Source: a virus (lineage: Duplodnaviria; Caudoviricetes). From it: a stretch of 64,000 bases of DNA. How positions within the stretch are numbered: the first letter of the stretch is position 1; every line of letters starts with the position of its first letter. The notes under the pieces are model-generated. The model had not been told where the DNA came from and did not search any database. It worked only from the letters and a program-made list of their open reading frames with translations. This document shows positions 38,904 to 46,116 of this stretch, one piece after another. Made by a program: the position numbers and the translations under genes. The DNA is taken from the IMG/VR virus record IMGVR_UViG_3300021387_001565, positions 1 through 64,000 of that record; one strand, 5' to 3'.

Positions 38904-39152
38904 TCAATCTACAGTCTCAATGTAGAAACCGTGCTTGCCACGAGTAAACTGCACACGAGGATATTCACCCTCACCATTTTCCCATGCAAGATACTCATCC
39001 TTAAGAGCGTAACTGCCTATCTGCTTACCGCCATATCCTTCCCAATAGCCTGTAAGCATAAAGTCAGTCTGTCCTGTAGGCAGGTTAAAGTCTCTCACAA
39101 TCTTGCGGTCAGTCTCATCCACCGCTTTTATCTCACCGTGATAAGTTCTCAT
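38904..39152 (-). CDS. hypothetical protein
   Basis: AGGGGG RBS. Confidence 0.6.
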   Translation of the reverse strand: MRTYHGEIKAVDETDRKIVRDFNLPTGQTDFMLTGYWEGYGGKQIGSYALKDEYLAWENGEGEYPRVQFTRGKHGFYIETVD

Positions 39153-39155
39153 CCG

Positions 39156-39689
39156 TTAAACCCCCTTTGGATAGCCAACCATTATCTTTGTGATAGGCTC
39201 TCCGTCAATCATCCTTGTGTAGTGATACCCATCGGGCTGAATCTGTATCTGCTTGTGTGGAAGCAATTTCTGAACAGTCTCGGCAGGAATCACCTGTGCT
39301 CCCTTCTTGTTGATGTAAATGTGTTCCATAGCGTCTGACACCTCAGCATATGCCATGCGGTCAGTCAATTTTACATCATCATCAACTATCTTGTAGAACG
39401 CATCTTTAGCCACAGGGTCAGTCTCACCTGTCACATCGTCCTTCCTCGCTCCACCGAGAACAACCTTACGCCCGTGGTTAGTCAACTTATAAATCTGACA
39501 GGCAACTATCTTATTGCCCTTCCTAACGAGTTTCCACAGAATGTTATCCTGCATCATCTCATCTTTATTTGTTCCTTTAACACCACCGATTTTGGCGTAG
39601 GCTTTGTTCAGTAAAGCCCACACCTCATCAAAGTAGCGTTCTTTTTCGTCTTTATCATCAATGATGTTCACGTAGCTTTCAAGTAGCAT
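39156..39689 (-). CDS. hypothetical protein with MLLES leader
   Basis: AYAKIGG..WKLVRKG, a pattern recalled from large-myophage proteins. Confidence 0.7.
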   Translation of the reverse strand: MLLESYVNIIDDKDEKERYFDEVWALLNKAYAKIGGVKGTNKDEMMQDNILWKLVRKGNKIVACQIYKLTNHGRKVVLGGARKDDVTGETDPVAKDAFYKIVDDDVKLTDRMAYAEVSDAMEHIYINKKGAQVIPAETVQKLLPHKQIQIQPDGYHYTRMIDGEPITKIMVGYPKGV

Positions 39690-40252
39690 GTTTTTCTGAC
39701 CTCATCAAGTAGTGATGCTAACGTCGGAATTATCTCAGACGTAATCCTGTGCTTGCCAATGCCCGTAAGAATAACCTCACGAGGGTGATACATTTTATTA
39801 TACAATGCAAGCCTATCATTATCTACCTTAATGACATCATCGTTTAAGCAGAATACTGTAGTTGTTTCGCAGTAATACTCGTAGTCGTATTCATCACGCA
39901 AAAACTCGTTGAGGATAGCATCGAGGTCTGTAGCAAACGTGGGAGACACTTTATCAAGAGACTCGGATACGTACTTCTTTACGTCCGCACCACCATTGAA
40001 CGCGGGGTTAATGAGTATCTTAGGTCGATTGCACAGCATCTGTGCATAGAAACCACCAAGACTGCATCCAACAATCACGTCAATCTCGGGGAAAGCATGA
40101 TAAAAGTCAAGGATGTCCTGCAAACCCTTCTTGCAGTCATAATTATCATATTCTACGGATAAGATATTATCCTGCGGAAACGACTGACGCAGTAACTGTG
40201 TGGTTGACCCATCTGCTGAGCCAAGTAACCCATGAATGTACATAATGTTCAT
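39668..40252 (-). CDS. YqiA/UPF0227 alpha/beta hydrolase (esterase)
   Basis: YIHG, GCSLGG, LINP, DDVI, KHR. Confidence 0.85.
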   Translation of the reverse strand: MNIMYIHGLLGSADGSTTQLLRQSFPQDNILSVEYDNYDCKKGLQDILDFYHAFPEIDVIVGCSLGGFYAQMLCNRPKILINPAFNGGADVKKYVSESLDKVSPTFATDLDAILNEFLRDEYDYEYYCETTTVFCLNDDVIKVDNDRLALYNKMYHPREVILTGIGKHRITSEIIPTLASLLDEVRKTCYLKAT

Positions 40253-40281
40253 CTAAATGCCCCCTTTCGTCTCACAAGGAT

Positions 40282-40317
40282 ATTATATCACACGAAGAAA
40301 AGAAAAATCAACGGATT
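40282..40317 (-). promoter_or_regulatory. conserved phage promoter
   Basis: AATCCGTTGATTTT...TGATATAAT. Confidence 0.75.
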
Positions 40318-40390
40318 GAAAACCCGTTGATTTAAACTCCATGATGTCACCTCTGCTCTTGTGCTTGTTTTTGTGTCAAGTATGTGAACA

Positions 40391-40939
40391 TCAATCGCCG
40401 TTAATAAGATAAACTTTCTTGGTTGAGTAATCCTTTACAAGGACAGCTTCCTGTAAAAACAAATTGCACAATTCAGTCGCAATATCAATCAGTTCATCGT
40501 GGGTAATTCCCACAATATCTACAGCAATGCTATTTTCCCCGAATGCCTTACCGTTTTTCGCTGTGTATCTACCCGAAAGCCCCTTGCTAATAGTCCATCC
40601 TGCAAGGTCATGCTTCTGTGCCACCGCGTCAATCTTACCTGTAGAAGACAATCGATTGTTGATTGTAGCAATCTTCTGCTTAACCCAATTTACTATTTTA
40701 TTCTTCGACATCTGCTCAGCGTTCACGTCGGTAGAAAATACAATAGTGCCACCCAAGTTAGCATCGTCAAAAGAGAAATCAATTCCTTCTGATAAGACCT
40801 GTCGCCCCGCGACCTCTGTGCTATACTGCGAAAAAGACTCACGCTTAATACTGCGGTATAAATACCTTGACGTTCCGTAAGCCCCATTCCCCACAGCATC
40901 ACCAACAACAACTAAAGGTTCAGTCAATTTAAACTTCAT
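40391..40939 (-). CDS. putative SAM lyase-like protein with MKFKLTE leader
   Basis: GWTI...GRY...GENSIAV...IATELC..FLQEAVLV. Confidence 0.55.
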   Translation of the reverse strand: MKFKLTEPLVVVGDAVGNGAYGTSRYLYRSIKRESFSQYSTEVAGRQVLSEGIDFSFDDANLGGTIVFSTDVNAEQMSKNKIVNWVKQKIATINNRLSSTGKIDAVAQKHDLAGWTISKGLSGRYTAKNGKAFGENSIAVDIVGITHDELIDIATELCNLFLQEAVLVKDYSTKKVYLINGD

Positions 40940-40970
40940 GAAGTCACCTCGCTTTCTAGTACATGATACA

Positions 40971-41327
40971 TTATCTAAAGTTCTCTACTAGCCACTGAAA
41001 CATGGCTTCATCGATTACATAATAATTAGGTTCTCCAAACCCGAAATTAAAACAGAGAGCATTGTTCTTCTTGCCCATGAACAGGGCTTCCTCAAGATTC
41101 TTTGTCAGCCACTCACGCTTGATTGAGATTGAGTCAGATTTAGCGGTCTTCGTCTTACACTCAATCAACCAATCATCAGTAGATACATCGCCCTTTTGGA
41201 ACATGGTAGCACCCGAGTTCTTAACCCGAGTGCCACCAAGTGTCCTTGCTACATGCTCTTCCTGCTTTTTGGAGTAAAATCTTGTAGGCTTACCGTCTAC
41301 GTTCTTCTGCTTCAAATCAATTGGCAT
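40971..41327 (-). CDS. Holliday junction resolvase (Hjc-like PD-(D/E)xK)
   Basis: QEEHVA...SGA...GDV...IECK. Confidence 0.8.
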   Translation of the reverse strand: MPIDLKQKNVDGKPTRFYSKKQEEHVARTLGGTRVKNSGATMFQKGDVSTDDWLIECKTKTAKSDSISIKREWLTKNLEEALFMGKKNNALCFNFGFGEPNYYVIDEAMFQWLVENFR

Positions 41328-42459
41328 TTCCCACCGCTTCTTCCTGTTCGTCAATCTCTGCTTCGGAACGAGCATCAAGCACCTTACCATAAGTCGTACT
41401 TGCATCAGAGATGTGCTTAGTCAACATGTTAAGGTAATCTGTCTGAAAAGCAGGATGAGTATTGATATACTCAATCAAATCTGCTTTCTTTCCGCGTAAC
41501 GGAGTTCCGTCTTCGCCTGTATAAATCTCACCTGTCTCAAGATTAATGAGTTCATAAGTAACATTATTTACTCTGTGGATGAAATCAAACGTAGTAGCAA
41601 TCTCAAGCACATCGTGCAACCAATCCAACCCTGTAGCGTAACGGTAGGTAATAAATCCACCGCCGCGTGAGCAAGGAGCACACTTGTTCTTGGTAATCTT
41701 AAAAGCAAGACGGAAACCATCTGCTCCCTCACCGTCACCCTTGCAAGCATCCATGTCATCGCCCTTGGTGAACTTACGAGTTCCGAAGCGCACACTAACC
41801 GAAGAATAATACTGAGGGGCACTTCCCCCGGGTTCAGAGTAAATATTAGCCCCTGTGTAAGTCTTTCCTGCTATACGCACTTGGTTGATAAGAATGAAGA
41901 TGTTCTGCTTATCATTGACCAATGTGGTCATCATAGGCAAGAACTGATGGAGCTTCCTTGCCATTGTACCACGAATACCCGAATCCTTGGTGAGGTCATT
42001 CTCCATAACTATCTGAGGTATAAGCGCGGGTATCGAATCAAGGATAATCATTCCGATATCGTCTGACTTCTGTAAGTCAATAATCATATCAAGTATCTGC
42101 TCACCCGACAGACCGTTAATGTTTGGAATGTAGAGTTTATCGAGGTCAAGCCCGTTCATTCTCGCTTGGAACTGAATGTCGAGCGCGTGTTCTACATCAA
42201 AGTACACACTTGTCTTGTCGGGATTTTCACGCTGATAAGCACCCAACTCACAGCAAGCCGCTGTGGTCTTACCCGAATGCTGTAACCCCGAGTAGACACA
42301 CACGCGACCATAAGGAAGTCCGCCGAACAGCGCATAATCCATGCCGAATGCTCCACACGAGAGCAACTTGTACTGAGGTGTCACGCTTGCCTTGGTAAAG
42401 AGCGTATCGTCTTTATACTCTTTACAAATCTTTTTAATCGTATCTGCTACGCTAGGCAT
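41317..42459 (-). CDS. recA: RecA/UvsX recombinase
   Basis: GGLPYGR, SGKTT, DVEHALD, LDSI, INQVR. Confidence 0.95.
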   Translation of the reverse strand: MPSVADTIKKICKEYKDDTLFTKASVTPQYKLLSCGAFGMDYALFGGLPYGRVCVYSGLQHSGKTTAACCELGAYQRENPDKTSVYFDVEHALDIQFQARMNGLDLDKLYIPNINGLSGEQILDMIIDLQKSDDIGMIILDSIPALIPQIVMENDLTKDSGIRGTMARKLHQFLPMMTTLVNDKQNIFILINQVRIAGKTYTGANIYSEPGGSAPQYYSSVSVRFGTRKFTKGDDMDACKGDGEGADGFRLAFKITKNKCAPCSRGGGFITYRYATGLDWLHDVLEIATTFDFIHRVNNVTYELINLETGEIYTGEDGTPLRGKKADLIEYINTHPAFQTDYLNMLTKHISDASTTYGKVLDARSEAEIDEQEEAVGNAN

Positions 42460-42475
42460 ATTCTGTCATCCTTTC

Positions 42476-43021
42476 TCACTCATTGAGTATCCTACGCCCA
42501 AGTGCGTCGGTAGGTGCAGGATAAGACATTTCCTGCATTCTTCTTGACAGCACCTTGGACAGTGTCGAACACATACGGTCAGCGGCTTCTACCTTAAATT
42601 TAACTGTCTTATAAACCCTGCTGTAAATAGAGTTCAGCACGGTATCATACTGTGCCTTATTTTCTGCCAAAGCGATTAAGGTAGCGGAAGTCAGTTTCTT
42701 GTCCTTGTTCACATCCTGCTGAGTAAGATACTCGGTATTGAATACCTCTTTGGCAAGCATCTCAGACACATCATCACGGATGCCAAGGTACTCCATCTGA
42801 GACCCAATCCAATAGATGTCCGCAGACAGTTTCATGAAGTAGTGCTCAATCTTAATCACAGGTGGGTCGGGCACGTTGATTATCTCGGTCTCAATATCCG
42901 CCATAAGACCGTCTAACCCTGCGGTATGGTGAGTGACAAGTTCACTCACCATATCATCGAAATACGCACAATTGTTTGCCACAACATCTCGTTTGTCGGC
43001 AAAAGTCTGCTCCGTATCCAT
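42476..43021 (-). CDS. helical protein, possible UvsY-like recombination mediator
   Basis: coiled-coil character; adjacent to recA. Confidence 0.5.
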   Translation of the reverse strand: MDTEQTFADKRDVVANNCAYFDDMVSELVTHHTAGLDGLMADIETEIINVPDPPVIKIEHYFMKLSADIYWIGSQMEYLGIRDDVSEMLAKEVFNTEYLTQQDVNKDKKLTSATLIALAENKAQYDTVLNSIYSRVYKTVKFKVEAADRMCSTLSKVLSRRMQEMSYPAPTDALGRRILNE

Positions 43022-43044
43022 ATCTGTCAGTCCTTTCTTAAAAC

Positions 43045-44175
43045 TTATTTCGCTATAGGAATTATGTTGACAACACTCGGGGCAGTCGTTATAAGAACAT
43101 GCTTCTCACCACCGAAGTTGAGCATCACATGACCTTCACAATTTTCTGCGGTAATCTTTAAATCCGCGAGATTGAGTTTACACTTGTAGCCCTCTGCGGG
43201 AAGTCCTGTAACCTCGTTGTCGTAGTACAATACTTCATTATTAACCATATTGCTGTTGTAAATACACATATGGTCATTATAGAACTCAAACAGTCCGATA
43301 GGTGAAACTACTGTATTATCAACAAATAAGAACAGTCGGTTGATTGCCTGTAACAATGCATCCTTGTTGATTAACGCGGAGTACGGGAGTGCAACAGAAG
43401 CAGTCTCACGAACCATGGCTACAGGGATAGACTTGAACAACTTATCAAGGCTCGGAAGAATAGCCTCAATCTCTACAGTCTTGGAACTAAAGCGTACCCT
43501 TGTCTGAGGGAACTCGCCAAGCACAATATCAGTGCTCAGTTCAAAGCGAATATCTACACCCGAACCAAAGAGTTTAAACAACTTGATAATCTTGTCAGTC
43601 AAGATAATCTGTACAGGACTGTCGAGATGGAACTCATTGACACAAGCACCACCCGACAAAGTGATTGCTCCATTGTCATCAAGATAGTAGATACGATACA
43701 GCATCTGCTTCTTCGCAATGTTATTGTCCACCTTTAACAACTCCTTGCCGTTGTACTTCATTACGGACAACAGCACATCAGAGTTCAGCGTAAAGGATGA
43801 AGTGACATTGCTTAATGAAATCTTAGGAAGTCTAAGAATCTCGTTGCCCTCATAGATAAGAGGGAACTTATACTCTCCGTTACTCTTCACTACAAGAGCA
43901 CCATCAACGATAGAGAAGTCGATATACTCAGCAGTGAGTTTGGACACAAGACGTAAGAACTGTGTCGCATTGACTGTAGCAAAGAACGAATCGAAGTTAC
44001 CCTCGACAGTAATTGATGTGGATACAAAATACTCCTTGTTAGTAACCGACAACTTGAGGATGTTTCCCTCTGCTTCGATTTGCAGGTTGTCCGCAATCTC
44101 GGACAACGGGCTTGTGTCCACTGCACATAAGATGTCAGAGCAAATGGCTCTGAACTGCTCAGTTTTCAGTTTCAT
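43045..44175 (-). CDS. dnaN: sliding clamp (beta-like)
   Basis: 376 aa, three-domain beta-clamp pattern; context. Confidence 0.75.
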   Translation of the reverse strand: MKLKTEQFRAICSDILCAVDTSPLSEIADNLQIEAEGNILKLSVTNKEYFVSTSITVEGNFDSFFATVNATQFLRLVSKLTAEYIDFSIVDGALVVKSNGEYKFPLIYEGNEILRLPKISLSNVTSSFTLNSDVLLSVMKYNGKELLKVDNNIAKKQMLYRIYYLDDNGAITLSGGACVNEFHLDSPVQIILTDKIIKLFKLFGSGVDIRFELSTDIVLGEFPQTRVRFSSKTVEIEAILPSLDKLFKSIPVAMVRETASVALPYSALINKDALLQAINRLFLFVDNTVVSPIGLFEFYNDHMCIYNSNMVNNEVLYYDNEVTGLPAEGYKCKLNLADLKITAENCEGHVMLNFGGEKHVLITTAPSVVNIIPIAK

Positions 44176-44208
44176 GTTAAAATCCTTTCTATAGGTTTTG
44201 ATATTAAC

Positions 44209-44244
44209 AGCATAGCATACAGGGTTGTCTAAAATCAACCGATT
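44209..44244 (-). promoter_or_regulatory. conserved phage promoter
   Basis: AATCGGTTGATTTT...TGCTATGCT. Confidence 0.65.
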
Positions 44245-44708
44245 CACCAAGTTTCATCTAAATTAAATAACACTGAATAATCGCTGTTAAAAAATACCCG
44301 CAACTTCTCGCTAGGAATAAAAATGCAGTTCTCTCCATCCACCAACTGCTTAATGGTAATGGACTTTCTTCCGCTCTCTCGAAACTCTCTACATGTCCTA
44401 AGTGGTAAATAAACGATAAGGTCATGCTCGTAGAACCACAGGACTAATCCCGACCTCACGCCTTTTATTCCTACCTTCTTTACCATGTCATCATACTGTG
44501 AGAACGTAAGGGGGAATCTGTCCCCCTTGTGCGTCTTACAGTCAATGTAAAAGATATTGGGATAATGATATGCTATAAAATCACATATATTGCGGATACC
44601 GTATCTCTGTTTGTCCATATGGTCATACAGACGGTCGATTGAGGTATCGGGGAATTTGAGCCAATCAGATTTCATTTTATCCTCAAACTTCTTATCGAAA
44701 TCGTTCAT
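44244..44708 (-). CDS. recU: RecU-like resolvase
   Basis: FE..., CDFI...IDCK, QY. Confidence 0.7.
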   Translation of the reverse strand: MNDFDKKFEDKMKSDWLKFPDTSIDRLYDHMDKQRYGIRNICDFIAYHYPNIFYIDCKTHKGDRFPLTFSQYDDMVKKVGIKGVRSGLVLWFYEHDLIVYLPLRTCREFRESGRKSITIKQLVDGENCIFIPSEKLRVFFNSDYSVLFNLDETW

Positions 44709-46111
44709 GCCGCGTCACCCCCAATAATCTTCTTAAACGTATAAATCATATCGTCTGTAAGAGCATACTTCTCATCTGCAAGTACAACTTCCTTAATCAA
44801 ATCCTTCTTCTTCATCTCTTTCTTTACATCACCGATAACTTGGTCTTGATACCACCACTCGAACACATCTGCATCGCACTTCATGGGGATGTCAATACCG
44901 TAGTCAATTGCGGCTTGGCACATATCGTAAGCAAGTCGGTCAGCGCATTCTTGAGCATACTGTTCGGGACACTCCATGAGCAACTCATCATGCACGTTAA
45001 TGATTAACTTAGCGTCACGCTCTTTCATGAACTCATCGTTGTAAATCTTAATCATAGCGAGTTTAGTAAGAGTAGCCGCACCACCTTGAATACGTGCATT
45101 TACACACTGACGTTCAGCCTGTGCGATGGCATTTCCATTATCGATAATAGTAATTCCGAGTGCCTTTGCAGTCTCTTTAATAGCGGTAATCTCTTTGAAC
45201 GATTTAGCCGCCGCAAGTTGCTGACGGAAAGAAACGATACGAGGGTCATCGTCTCTCTTATATTTGTTCTTACACCCAAGTAAAGGATTAAAAGATGCTG
45301 ATAAACTCTTTCCGTCAATCTCAAAACTATACTTAGGGAGATTAACATCGGGAAGTCTTCTTCTGCGTCCACTGTAATCCGTTACATAACCCATCTTCCG
45401 AACGAACGCATATGTCTCATCAATCCACTTACGAACATCGGGAAAGGCATTGAAGAACGCATCCATAATCTCTTGGGCTTTTTCTTTGGTGCAACCAAGC
45501 ACTTCCGCAATGGAAGCAATTCCACGACCATACATTATCACAAATCCACATATCACTATGTGCGCTGACTATCTCATCACCCACACTTCGGTGGGGCATT
45601 GCGCTTCGGATGGTACGTACCCACCCTACGCCCTTTCGGGCTAGTCGATACACCTTACTTTTAAATATCAAAAGTCTTGGCACGGCATTAACTAAACATA
45701 TTGGTCAATTATGCTAGTCTCCACCGTTAGCAACCTTAAAGGTCACACCTGCTTTGTAATGCAGTTCACAATGTTATTCGACATGGATTACTCCATGAAG
45801 GGGCATAATGTAATTTTATAGTCGATTTTAAACCCTTTGCGGGTCTACCCAATAAAATCGGCTTTGCTGTAGCACGTCGTTCCTTCCCCTCGGGATATAG
45901 AACTCCGTCTTTAAACTCTAGGTTGTCCTCATAATTATTGTTATAAATAATCTGAGCAATAACGGCGTAAACATCTTTACCTGCTTTGTATGTCTCAGCC
46001 ATCTTCTTATCACGGGAATAGAATGCGAGTAACCTCGGTTCTTGTCCCGAACTACGAATAGTCAGAACCGATAAAAGACTGAGGCTCAATCACAGGAACT
46101 GACGTTATCAT
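44705..46111 (-). CDS. polA: DNA polymerase family A, C-terminal part (motifs A, B, C): join 46111-46055, 46047-45847, 45538-44705
   Basis: GSDYS|GQEPR (A); AKPILLG|IMYG (B); ERQCVNARIQG; NVHDE (C). Confidence 0.88.
45539..45846 (-). ncRNA. group I intron (308 nt, no ORF) in polA motif B
   Basis: 5' exon ends U (GGT), intron ends G; core-like segments AACGGTGG / GCCGTGCCAAG / GACTA...GATAGTC; splicing restores KPILLGIMYG. Confidence 0.9.
46048..46057 (-). other. candidate translational bypass (stop-hop) site TCG-TAG-T-TCG
   Basis: matched Ser codons flank an amber stop inside a UUCG hairpin; skipping 7 nt yields DYSGQEPR. Confidence 0.55.
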
Positions 46112-46116
46112 ATGCA

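Noticed and set aside
45766-46089. ORF-track 107-aa protein MSLSLL...
   Set aside because: It lacks the motif A Asp and runs into the intron; it is the middle polA segment, not a separate gene.
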